A stretch of 64,000 nt of DNA from Amphiscolops sp. MND2022. Lineage: Eukaryota. Made by a program: the position numbers and the translations under genes. This document shows, piece after piece, positions 51,023 through 63,100 of the stretch. Numbering within the stretch: position 1 is the first letter of the stretch; each line of letters starts with the position of its first letter. The stretch covers positions 52,640,001-52,704,000 of the forward strand of contig OZ076409.1 of assembly GCA_964187785.1 (NCBI GenBank), given 5' to 3'. The notes below the pieces were generated by a model. That model ran no database searches, was not told the origin of the DNA, and saw nothing but the letters and a program-made list of their open reading frames with translations.

Positions 51023-52280
51023 GAAAGTATTAGTGGCTATTTTTGAGGCTTCGAGCGAGCGAAGCGAAGCGACGAAGTCTCTATTGTTCCGCGTTTACTA
51101 GCGTTTTGGTTTTTTTTTTCGCGTGACATACCCTCTGCATTTGTATTAATTGAAGGCTATTTTCTCAGAGCCTATTTTTCCGCGACCATCCAAACTTTCC
51201 AAAAAGAAACGCAACTTGATGCTCTTTCTAACCGTGTAAAAACTTTCCGAAAATATTCCACTGGCGCGATTTTATTAGCTTCGAAAGCGCGAAATTTTCG
51301 AAAATTTTTAGGGTTTTTGTCGATTTTGCTATTTTTCTTTTCGCAAACCACAGCGAATTGGCCCGATGTAGGTACTAACCGACGTAAAACGATGTTTTCT
51401 TTAATTTGGTGAAAGTGTTTTTGTCCTAGAATTATTGGGCTTTGCGAAAATGACCAATAAAAATAGGAAAAATTTTCGGTTTTTTTGCGTAAAAACATTC
51501 TCAACCTATTTTCAAGTAGCAATCAGTTCTAATCCAAGCAGTGGTGTTTCTACTCGATAACAGGTCTGCTTAGCTGCCCAAAGTTAGAAATTGGAAAGTC
51601 ACAACGTTTACGTCGGACAGATAGAGACAAAAAAGTTTTCAAATTTTTTGAATTTTTGATAAATTGCTCTCTTTATTCAATTTTGTAAAAGTTTTGGCCT
51701 ATTTTCTCGGAGCCTAATACTTCGAGACCATCCAAAAACTCAACAAATTGTTGGAACTGAATTTGTTGGTGAAGATTTAAATGTTGTTGGATTTTCGGGC
51801 AGTTCATTGTATATTATACAAATTGTGCTTTACTACGAATCTTGAAATAAATGAATATTTGATCCTTCAATTTTTAAATATACATTTTCCAAACTAATCT
51901 TAGGAAGGAGTGAAATAGACGAAGTTACCGGATCGGTCTTGTAAAAATGCATAGATTGCCGTCTGATTACCCCTAGTAACCCTCCTACTGTCTTATTTGC
52001 ACGGCTGTTGTTAAAAATGCTGACTTCATCCTTGGAAGGTTTTTATTTATTTATACTGCTAGTAGAAAATGTAAAAATGCTCGAAGACCTATCGGCAATG
52101 TACATTGAATCATATACTCCATAATTGCTCATTGATTTGCTTTGTCTCATGCCTGTAAAATTTTCGGTAAATAGTTTTTTTGTCCATTTTTGATGTCGGA
52201 AACCAAAGTTTTTTTCAGACCTCTCGATGTATGGGTTTTCGAGAGTGAGATCGTATTGGACCACTGGAGTACATACTCAC

Positions 52281-52360
52281 CGTTGGTTATTGATGATGTG
52301 GTTGTTTGAAGCGTAAAACCGCGAAATTTCCGTTCCTAACGTATTCTATCCAGTGAATAT
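52281..52360 (-). other. Tentative upstream GPCR exon (5' UTR or coding)
   Basis: TGTGCAG acceptor and strong GTGAGT donor; 3' part TLQTTTSSITN joins in phase to 50092, but that frame has one TAG. Confidence 0.4.
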
Positions 52361-53357
52361 CTGCACAGAAGGTATTATGCATTACCGCAATATTCCTGAG
52401 AGATTTGATGTCATATGCAACGATTAAGTCAAGACAACACTAAGTTATATTCACACCTCGCTGTGCAATGATATTCAACTACGTTGTATTGAAAACAAAA
52501 ATGATTTCGGATCTTTTCGTGATTTTGCCCCATTCGCAAATTTTAACAGGTTATTCATCCTCTGGAATACGTTTCCAACGGTGCCCACTGATGCTGGAAG
52601 GTTGTTTGATGCACAATTCAGCTAATTTTTAGAACTGAAAGTATACTTGCTAGTGATGGCACATATCAACCGTCCTATTGATAACTAGGGCAGTTCTTCC
52701 TTTTATATAGTGGTAAAGGCCGAAAAAGTTAAGCTTCATAGGATTAATACCCGCAATTCTTTTCAATTTCATTGTATTTTGAGCATTCTCGTGCCGTATA
52801 TAACCTTAGCTATTCGTCATAGCTAATAACTTGGTAATATGGTTCAAATGCACATGATGATAGTCAATTATGGCTGCGGGACCTGTCGCTCGAAGCCGTG
52901 CGCAAATTCCTTTGCGCCTATGTTTTTTCTTGAATCTAGTCTTGACACTTATAAATGATCACGACGCATTGTCTCAATGACTTGAAATCCTTTGCTTCCG
53001 ACCGTCAATTTGTTCATCAATTTCATCATTTCTCTATTTTATCAATTAGCGAAGAAACCTTGGCACTGCTCACCGAAATATTCAATTGAAGTTTTGAGGC
53101 TTTGTGTACTCCATAGACTTTGCAACGAAGTAGTTTTACAGTTTTACAGTTTTCACGCTGACTTTTCAATTCGGAAAAACGCTTATGACAAGCATTTGAT
53201 AAAACTATTTTTCTGATCTTTTCTGCTATTTTTAATTTATGTTTTTTTTCTGTATAAGTTGCGGTTACTTGCATGAAACGTCACAAGATAGCTCCTGAAA
53301 TAGTCAAAAGTGATGTCTAAGAGTGCTAAATATGATCAAGACTTGGGTGAACGTGCC

Positions 53358-53841
53358 GGACCATGTGATCTATCCCCCCCCCCCCAGGTACACCTTGTTA
53401 GGAATCCCCCCCCCCCCCCAAACGAAAACACAAGTATATTAATTATTGAATGAATGAATTACCATCTTTGACTTTTTTATATCTTGTCCAAAACAGACGA
53501 TTTTTGCAGATGGGACAATTTAAACTTCGTGGCAAACGACCCAAATTTTTTTAATGCTGAATGCAAAGTTCGTAGTTTTGTAAATATGGAAGTATGTCCG
53601 TTTGGAAGCACATTTCAAAGAATAATGATTGATTTTAACTGCCAATCAATGTAAAAGATATGATTATGTCGACATCAATTATTTTATTGGACTAAAATTT
53701 CAACGCAACGATGTCGACAATGGTATTTGACTATTTAAAATGTTATGTCGACATAATTAATTCGTTTAAAACTAGTATTTGAACCTACTGTATTATCCCC
53801 CCCCCCCGCCGCAGTTTGGGGGGAAATAGATCACATGGTCC
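53358..53841. mobile_element. MITE (484 bp) with 16-bp TIRs and 8-bp TSD
   Basis: GGACCATGTGATCTAT / ATAGATCACATGGTCC; TSD AACGTGCC at 53350-53357 and 53842-53849; subterminal C/G tracts. Confidence 0.9.
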
Positions 53842-54061
53842 AACGTGCCTTGTGAACTAACTTGAAAACAAAATCATTTTTTGGACGATTGTCAAGATCT
53901 TGTCCCGGATTGTGTCTCTTTTAATACTGTTTGACACAATTAGTTATTTTCTGCATGAAAGTCTGAAGTATGACATATGACAGGTCTTTCATCCCTAATT
54001 TCCATATTTCACTAAAAACAAGTAGCTATTGAAAAAATTTTCCCTCAAAAATTTGAATTGA

Positions 54062-54245
54062 TTGCAGTTTTTCAGGGATAATGTAATTTCTATAGGGAAA
54101 AAGTAACAGTTTCAGGAAATTTTGAAAATGAAAAGTTGCCGTAATAATCCCCAACGGGATTATTACGGTAACTTTTCATTTTCAAAAGTTCCTGAAACTG
54201 TTACTTTTTCCCTATAGGAATAATATTATCCACGAAAAATAGCAA
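54062..54245. repeat. Long palindrome (core stem about 62 bp, 4-nt loop)
   Basis: CTATAGGGAAAAAGTAACAGTTTCAGGAA..TAATAATCCC-CAAC-GGGATTATTA..TTCCTGAAACTGTTACTTTTTCCCTATAG (core 54090-54217). Confidence 0.92.
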
Positions 54246-54759
54246 AAGCTATATTCGAAGGAACGATTATCATCTAGATGACTTTGCACTTTTGATTTCC
54301 AACGTCAAATTAATTTTCTCATTCGAAACTGCTTTCCTCTACCTCGGGAATGGGGGGGGGCAGTTGAAACTCATCCAAAACTGGTAGAATGTGTCTTCGC
54401 TTTTTCCGACTCCAGTAATAGTTCCCTCTCCTCGCATAACACCACTTGCAATCAATTTCAAGCTGACTTCTCAGTCACATCAGTATTGGAAGATGGCGTC
54501 ATGAGCAACTCGAGTAGCCCGAGACACAAACATGTCATAAGATTATTTGTTCAATTTCGATTTAAATTTTCAATTTCGTAACCTAATCTCAACTATTCTC
54601 CTTTCCCGCAATTATCAATGACCAGCCGACAATTACTTACTTAAACGATAATTATTAATTGATTGATAGTCCTATATTTTTCACTCACTTCCAATTCACG
54701 ATGAAGTGGTTCTTTGTGAACCACTCACTTTTCCCGGCACGTCGACATTTTGTCAACTG

Positions 54760-55350
54760 TATTTTAAAGAAACATGTTGCAACTTGAAATATTTGCAAAT
54801 AGACACTATTTAAATGAAATGCTCTTCCTTCTAAGAAGCTTGCAAGACAATGTTTTCGTTACAAGAATCTTCCAAGGAAATGCTTAAGAAATTGTTCAAG
54901 AAATTCTTACAATGTTTACAATTGTAAGAAAACCTTGCAAGATCCCTGTAATTAATGCATTTTATCGAAACCAGGGATGCCATCTAGTATTCCAAAAATC
55001 TTTCAAACAAAAAGTGAACTGTGTAGGCGGACTCTGAACTATTAGAGAATTTCTGTAATGATTTTGAATTTCTCCGAAAATTCATTCGTAACATGGAATT
55101 GTCTTGTATGTCAAAAATTGCTTGCAATATCCTTGGAATATTCCTGGACACACTTTGTGAGAACAGACAAAAACAGACGAAATCAAAATCTTGCAAGATG
55201 AAATTTAAACTACCAAGATCTTACAAGATCAGACAAAAGTAAACAAGAGCTTGCAAGTCACATGTTAAAATAATGTATCAAAACCCGAGATCTTGGCCAG
55301 TTGTCAGCAGTTTGTGTTTGAAGTTGGATCTCAAGAACGAACGCATTTCC
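54760..55350. repeat. TCTTGCAAGA-motif repeats (decayed MITE family; related patches at 8980-9190, 45920-45960, 55940-56090)
   Basis: Many variants of the palindromic CTTGCAAG motif, some ending in CAGGG/TAGGG. Confidence 0.45.
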
Positions 55351-55353
55351 CCA

Positions 55354-55907
55354 CCCTAGTTGAGACTACAGGAACTTTTTACATGCTGCAGGCCTGCATG
55401 CAGGGTAATTGTTTATAAAACCTAGAAAATTCAGTGGTAATTCCGAGGGTAAATTTTGTGGAATTACACTGCATTTTCCACTACTGCAGTTAAATTTGAA
55501 AACAAATACCACTTCATCACCCACTGACTCGATCACTTTGTATTTACACTTTGTTTTCTCAACTACTCATCTGATGTGATCACCGCTTCTCAAATAGGAC
55601 GCTAAACATGACGCTGATTTGCAGTTTATTATGAGACTGAAGTTATTTTGCATTAAAATGATCGTTAAACTGAGAGCGATTTATTTGCTTTTAAAATTAA
55701 AACTGCTTCTTAATGAAAGCTGCAAAACTTCAATGCTTAAAATTGCCGCCAAAACTTTGATGAATCTTTCGAGGAGCTTGATAACAGTCGAATACAACAG
55801 TTTAATATTTTCGCATGAAAATTTCCGTACGAGTTTTAGAAAATCATAGTAAAAGTTCCTGGCAACAATAAAGTACATGCAAAAAGTTCAAGCAGTTTCA
55901 ACAAGGG
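55354..55907. mobile_element. MITE with CCC termini and 2-bp TSD (CMC/EnSpm-like)
   Basis: CCCTAGTTGAGACTAC..GCAGTTTCAACAAGGG flanked by CA/CA; inverted homolog of 38151-38657. Confidence 0.75.
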
Positions 55908-56375
55908 CAGTGATACTAAAAATATGAGGATCGAAAATCACCCGGGTTGACCCTCTTACTAGCATCTTGGCTGTCTTGGCAAGATCTTGCCAAATTCTTA
56001 CTACATCTTGGCAACCATGGATCCCATGGCAAGATTCTTATTAAGATCTTACTAAGACAATACTTATTCCAAGATCGTATCTTATCACGATGGACAAAAT
56101 TTTACGATTAAAAAAAAACACTCTATCTTCGGTACAAGCAGCGGAGACTCAATCTAAAGGCTCATTTCACCTTTTTCTACTCGTTTTCATAATCAAATTG
56201 CTTAAACCTGCTGAAAAAATTTTGCATGCAAAAATGCGTGAAAAATTATGATAACGTAGTCTGGCTTCCAAAATTTTGACGAGAATCCTTATAACTGCTC
56301 ACCTGTTTAAGACTGAGAAATGCGAATGTACCAAAGGAAAGGTCATTTCAAGGGCTTTCCAAAACTGGTAATTAA

Positions 56376-56999
56376 TCACTCCTGTCGATTCCAGAGACGG
56401 AGAAATATGCTCTTGTCATGACCAATCAGGTCAGGGTATTCATCATTTGGTAGGTTTTCATCCTGTCCTTCTCTCAAGCCGTTCTTTGCGTTTAGGTTTC
56501 GCTGAACTTCGGAATTTAGTTCAGGTCTCTCGGACGGAACGTCCCATCCTTTTCTGGTCCCGTGTCCTGATCCGGCCATAATAACATTTTGAATTTGAGG
56601 AAGTACTTGGGCACTTATTGCATCACTTATGGCCCTCTGTATTTGGACATTCACAGAATTCATCATCTCATCCATTTCTCGTGAGATACGAGAGTTTAAC
56701 TTGCTGGACAACCTATTTATTTCAGCGCTAGAATTACCTGTGACTGAATTTCGGTCACATTTGGTGTTCATCCCTGGGTCAATATTTCTCTGAGATCTGT
56801 TCATGTTCTCATTTCCATTTTCAGATTCATTGCTTAGAGAACTCCTATACCTTCCAGGTAAGTTGCTATTCAAGCTGCCTTCCCTTTCCCTCGTACTGAA
56901 ATGACTCTCACCTAACATTATATCTAAGTTCTCGATATCAGATAACATTTCGTGTCCTCTTGACTTTCTTGCTTTCTTCTGTTTTCTAGTTGTAGGCAT
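56376..56999 (-). CDS. Open 207-aa gag N-terminal ORF inside the 3' LTR, running into flanking DNA
   Basis: MPTTRKQKKARKSR..MLSDIENLDIMLG..QIQRAISDAI; homologous to the gag start at 5639; last 12 aa come from the flank. Confidence 0.7.
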   Translation of the reverse strand: MPTTRKQKKARKSRGHEMLSDIENLDIMLGESHFSTREREGSLNSNLPGRYRSSLSNESENGNENMNRSQRNIDPGMNTKCDRNSVTGNSSAEINRLSSKLNSRISREMDEMMNSVNVQIQRAISDAISAQVLPQIQNVIMAGSGHGTRKGWDVPSERPELNSEVQRNLNAKNGLREGQDENLPNDEYPDLIGHDKSIFLRLWNRQE

Positions 57000-58364
57000 A
57001 GAGACAGATCCGGGTCGAATATTTCAATTATCAGAACCGGAAAACGGTATTTCGTTATAGGTTTGCAACAAAGATTATTTTCAACTGATTGTAAAGAGCA
57101 GAACATAAGATTGTGTCTGACCAAGGAAGTAGCACCTACATATACTGCCTCGGGCATGACATACATAGTTCGAATACTAAAAATGTGATGACCACATTCC
57201 GAGAGCACCTGATTTTCATAAGTTTACAAACATCAAAGTACCGCTAAAATGTGATCGGAACAGTCACACGACCATTCAAATTCTTACTTTGACCACACTA
57301 ATAAACATTTGAAAGGCACGCAGAGCATCAAAGAACATCATATGAAATGCACAAGCCGCTCATATTCAAGGAATGCCAACAATCTCGTGCCGGCACGTGC
57401 CCCGTTATCAGACAGGACTGACTATAAATCAACATTTTTACATGCTATTGTACATGCTAATTTCTATGAAATATTGCCACAGATTGCACAGGTTAGTTGG
57501 TGAAAGTGGCCAGAAAGGTCTTTCAGACCGGCGCATGCAGTAACATCATAGATTAGCATCGATCACACTAATTAGTTTAGAGAACTACATGAATGTTTAT
57601 AACACGATTACAAACATACATTACATTTAAAGTACATGAACTCATCAAACAAAACATCCGGTTATTAATTTGAATAGGAGCCTTAACCGGCTACTACCCG
57701 GTTGGTTCTGGCAATGCGAAACAATAATCATGCAATTGGCCTTATTCGGCCAAGTATCAAGACAAAGCACTAATTACTAAATTGAACATTTAACCAGTGT
57801 TAAAGCACAACTATTGTATTAGTAATCAACACTCAAAGGTATTACAATGTGTTTCTTTCATTACTGCTTCGTGGCCGGAATCGGCCGTTTGACTAAAGCA
57901 CCGATAGATAAAAACAGAGTTCTGTCGAGTGGCCTTAACCGGCCATTTGTCGAATACAGCAATAATAGCACAAGCATGGATAAGTATGATTGGCTAACGA
58001 GGTGAGCTCAAGTGACGTCTCCGGAATCAGAGTTGCGTTCACTTGAACTCGTTTCCTATACGCTATTTAGCCGTGTTTGCTTCAATTATATTATTGTACT
58101 GCACTTCAAGCTTCGCAAATATCAGCTCATTATTTGAATCTTTCAGTTGTTGGCATTAACGGACTAATACTGGCAAAAGGTGTACAGTAATTAAAAAATT
58201 GGCAACAGTAACAAATCTAACTTACAAAACTAGCAAAATAACATAAGAGTTTGAGTTTTAAACGTTTTTACTTCTCTAATAGAATGGTAGGGTGCCGGTC
58301 GCTATCTCTTGCCCTTCTGCTGAAGTCGTGATTCTAGTGCCATCACAGGCGGCAGCCTGCGACA
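56414..58364 (-). repeat. 3' LTR of family A (1951 bp)
   Basis: Minus strand TGTCGCAGGC...CATGACA; shares GGCATGACAT, GATTGG.TAA and AACTCGTTTCC blocks with the 5221-7276 LTR. Confidence 0.82.
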
Positions 58365-59063
58365 CTGCGGGTGTTAGGAAAAGTAAGCTCCCTGCATTTA
58401 ATCCATTGGAGTATGCTTCTCGTAGTAGCGCGGTAATGTAGGCGGGTTCACTTTCGGGCGTCGATCTCTCCATATACCAGTTAATTTTCTCTTCTTTTAT
58501 CTGGTCCCTTGACTTGCCACACACCATACAGCCTGTATGGAGGCTCTCACTGACATTCTCGTATGGCTTAATATTCTGCACATGGTAAGAAGCATAGAAG
58601 TTCCCTGGGGTCATCTGCACCAGAGGGGTGTCAATAGGTCCTCTCTCGTGATCAGGAGGGGACAGAGGAGACTCCAAGACAGGCAGTACCGTAGTGCAAA
58701 GTTCGACTCTCGATTTCTTCTGCCTTTTGGACGGCGCGAGGCACATTTCCTTGTTGAAGTACTCAAATCCCAGTTTGGGGGAGAGGGCAGAATGGGCTGA
58801 GTATTGCTAGTCCCTGCTACCATTTCGTCGCTTGAGTCTTCTGCCGTCATCACTCGTCCAGCAATCGGGATTGGAGCTGCCTTGACCTCTCGCTCAATTC
58901 TGTCTATTATTGCCTCTGTATCCGTGGACCAGTCCGAATCCCAGGAACTTGAAACTTCATCTTCGCTATCACTAGATATGTAGATCACTGAGTTGGCTGA
59001 GCTTTCTGAGTCTTCTTCAAAGTCGAAGAGTTTATTAGTCAAGTTGTATCTTTGCATTATCAA
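58276..59063 (-). pseudogene. Accessory ORF (about 260 aa, one frameshift near 58770): acidic N-terminus, CxxC, C-terminus inside the LTR
   Basis: ORFs 58611-59063 and 58276-58746 join by one frameshift, supported by the continuous homolog at 6670-6988; tail SQAAACD..G[TV]LP present in all three LTRs. Confidence 0.72.
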
Positions 59064-59409
59064 TTTCTTAGCAATTTTGTTAGGTGGGAAGGTCGACTGA
59101 CTTGATCAAGATTTCAAAGTGGAATGAAGTTACCAATTCAAGAATTTGGTCGAGTCAGGGTTTTTCTCGGTAGTCCGTTTTGGCGGTTGAATCTTCGGTA
59201 AATCGTCGTAATCCGACATAAACATTCCTGAATGGAATTTCACAATTAGTCGGCATCCTTTGATAATTCAGTATTTACCCTTCATTAATATCATCACTAT
59301 GAGAGGTGTGGATGACGCTCGAGTTGTAAATATTAACTTCGCCTGTTTCAAGTGGGTAATTAACAGGTCGCTTGAAAACAATTAACAGCATGCGTCGCAA
59401 AGTTTTCTC

Positions 59410-59510
59410 AAAATGGCTTCAGCCAATTAGAATCGAGCTTCGATAAATTGAAAAATGAATAATAAAATGGCGGAAATAATAAAGCTAAATAATTCCAAAA
59501 TGGCGGAAAT
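59410..59510. promoter_or_regulatory. Candidate bidirectional promoter with two YY1-type AAAATGGCGG motifs and a CCAAT box
   Basis: AAAATGGCGGAAAT at 59464 and 59497; AGCCAAT near 59422; lies between divergent ORFs. Confidence 0.4.
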
Positions 59511-60110
59511 TCTAACTAGAGGTAACTAAGGCAACTGAACAAAACGGTAAAACGGAATAGGGCAAACGGCCATAATCGGCCACTAACTAACTAAGCTGTA
59601 AATAGTGTATGCTTCCTGTACATTTCGCTGGCAGACTCCATGTACATTTTAAATATGTAGATAATCGTATAATATTAGTCTGGTAATCCTCTTCAGCCAC
59701 GAACTCCAATCCTCCAATTTATCCACGTTAAAATTCCAGTTCAATTCCGTTTATTATTTATTTGTTCCACTTCCTTTACTTGGGCCCACTCAGCTGGTAC
59801 TCGTCTCTCTTTTGCCCTCAGTCAGCTGTTGACTCTCCTCTCTACAGTATCCCGGGACACCCTTCTTGCCAAGGCCGGCTAAATCCTGCAATCTCTAGCT
59901 ATTTGCCTAGGATTACATCCCACGAGTCAACAGTCCAGAAAGAACATGTCTTCAAATCCAGGTTGGTTTCATTTTCAATTAGTGAACTAGTCTAGCTTGA
60001 TCAAGGCTACACTTTGCTCAAATACTGCTTCCTGTTTCCACAAGTAAACATGTGATAACACGTTTCATTCAAGTTTTCGAACACTTCCCGAAGATTTCTG
60101 ACGCGGTAAA

Positions 60111-63100
60111 ATGGATTCTTTTCAAGGAAGCATACCGCCGACTTTCATTTCTTTCTATTTGGATAATCAAACCCCTGAGATCGGAATTTCTCCAAATCCT
60201 TCTGAACTGCCTCTGCCAGCTTCCACTGAAGACGCTACAAATGCTTCCGGGAATGTCGCCAATCCTCAGATTTCTTCTCAGAATACGGATAGCGACGAGG
60301 ATGTGAATGCATATGCGGAAGCCAAAGCCTCAAGCATGGAGACTGGGATACTCCAAGTACAGGAACAGTCAGGTGTGAATGCCAAGGATACTGAGTTATC
60401 TCATGCGGAGATTCGTTCCAGCCAACTGGAGACGCAGACTATGTTCCCTATCCGTGCAAGCACTCCAATTCCCTTTGAGACAGCTGGGACATCTCAAGCT
60501 AGTCTGACTGCCTTAGAATCGGGACTGAGAGTTGCTGATCCTATAGGATCCCAATTGCCCGAACTCCTCACCACGACGCCGACTAAGGCTATTGTCCGAA
60601 TTTCAACAACCGATGATGATTGTGAATCTTCCGTGTATGAAGTCCCTGCTCTCCCAACACAGGAACATAAGGTCCGATTCTTGACAGACCTCAGTGAGCC
60701 TGAGAAAACTGCGGAAGAGTCAAGTAATGCAATCTGCCCTTCGTTATATGGGGGAATTCCGAATATGTCCGAATCTGGAGCAGAGACAATTGATCCGCCC
60801 GACCTGACAATTTCGGCTCAAGAACAACTAGAGCCTGAACCTTCAACTTCCAGGGGGACCGGAGACCAGCTTCCAGAACTCTCCGGGAGAGCAGGAGCCA
60901 TTCTGAAGACATATTTTGACGAGACTAATGCCTTCAGGCTACCACCCGGGCAGACGACCGTGACTTTCTCCGAGCCACAGGTGTACCATTTGCTGCGTGT
61001 TTTAAGCGATGAGACTCTTCGCATGTCCTACACAACCATTGAACGCATGATCCTAGACGCTGTTCGCGGTAGTCCAACGATCGCACCATCAAGGACCGGG
61101 CATTTCCAACTGGGGACGCGCCCACAAACTCCTTACCGATACGCTAGTAGTGATTCCAGTGATGCCGAATCCGGCCAACTGCCCATCGTTGATTCAGAGG
61201 ATCAGAGTGCCACCGATTTTGGTGGTTTAGGCGACTCCTCCACATTCGGGGAAAGTGATAGTGCCGGGGAAATGGCTTTGATCTCTGCCACATTCGAGGC
61301 TTCCAACAACCGGTCAGCCGTCAAGACTACATCTTTGCCAGCACCAAGTGGACTAATCCAAGTGGACAGCCAGGAAACGGACTTCAGCAGTCAAGACGCG
61401 ACGTTGTCTGAAGTGAGAGATCAGACCCTGGGGACCAAAGGCAAGCAGCGAAATAAGAAGGCTAGTAAGCCTAAGAGGGTGTCACAACGCGGAGTCCCAA
61501 TGAGGGGAGAATTCTTCGCCAAGATCGGGTGGACACGCTCATTCATTTCCGGACCCGCAGACCCGCTACACAACCCCTATATGGTTTGGTGCCATATCTG
61601 CAAAAAGAATTTTTCCATACGCACCAAATTCTCAGACACCATCGTACCGAGAGGCACCTTAGACGTGATCAGCGGTGGCGGTACGAGCACTTGAAGAGCA
61701 CCGATCCCGTCACTCTGAAGACTCAACATCGCGTGCGGGGCAAAAACGGGAAAATCTTGACCAGATTGGAATTGGCCAAGGAGCTTCCCAAGTTCATACA
61801 CGCTGAATTGGTGGATATCGGGGAGCGCTTCCTCTTCTATGAGGATTTCATTCGAGGCCGGACGACTCCTCTGGTCACTCCGGAGTCTCGCGCACGAACT
61901 CAGCTGTGCATGGTTGCCGATTTTATCCAGCATCATGGCGACATTGCAACCCTCCGCAACATGTGGGCGAAGATCAGCTCGTTCACCGATCACCAGGCAG
62001 CCCTTTGTGACTTTGATTGGGGGGAAGAGAGAATGACTGTAAGTACTACCTTTTCGCTTTACTTACAAACTCCCCCTTTCGAATTTAGTTAGGTTCTCAA
62101 CTCATTCCCCTTTCCAGGCCATATTCCAGCATCTCTTCAATTGCAGCATGCATGACATTGCAGACCACATCTCTTCCTCGCAGTTCTTCGCTCTGGAATT
62201 TGAGGATGAAGGAGCTAGCCGCTTCATGTCACTCAGGTACTGGAAGGGTCAACACTTGTGCAGGGTCGTCATCTGCCGCAGCGGGTTGCCCAGTACAGAT
62301 CTCACTGGCGAGTTAGGTTCTTTGGCCCGCCTGCTCTCGGTGGTCTCAACGAAGGCAGATATTGTGGCCTGTTCCGGATGCCCTTCTGAATTGATCCGAC
62401 ACTAGATGAACTCCCGACCTCTTCCCGAGCTGTCCAAAGTTGCTTCCGATTCAGCCAACTGAGTTTACCCAAATTGATGCACAAAAGCAGTTACAGTGTT
62501 TTCGGGCATCTGGACTTCTTCTCAGTGTTACGAGGTCTGGTTATCTCTTTGGGTGGATCTTCTCAAGAAGATTGGGTGCAACGCAGTCCTGAATTAGCCA
62601 AGGTTAGCAAAAATTGGGGTTTCAATGTTAGGCGCACTTCTGACTAGTTTGGGACGTTAGCCTAGGTCTTACAATGATTCTGAATTTTCTCCTTAGGCTA
62701 TCTCTAAAAGTGACTTGGAGCTCTCCACCTTGCCAATTCTGTGTCAGGAGCTCATGGAAGAGTGGAAATTCGTAGGTATGAAATTCTTTAGGTAGGAATG
62801 ACACAGGCTTACTATTGTTTCCTGTTATGTTCTAGGTCCAGAGTTTTGAGTGGTCGCTCATCTGTGATGAGTTTTTCCTTGTCAAGCTGGAACTCTTCTA
62901 CCACCTCGTCAGCGATTGTTAGTATCACAAGGTGGACTAATTTGTCTTGTTGAGACTAGTGGGGATTGTTCCTTTGTTTTTAGACAACTCCAGTTTTGTA
63001 AACAATCTGCAATGTAGACGAGACTCGTCCTTCTACCTTTTTGGAGAAATAGCCCGGTACATTTATCGGCTCTGCTTCCGCTGTTATTCTCCCGACACTA

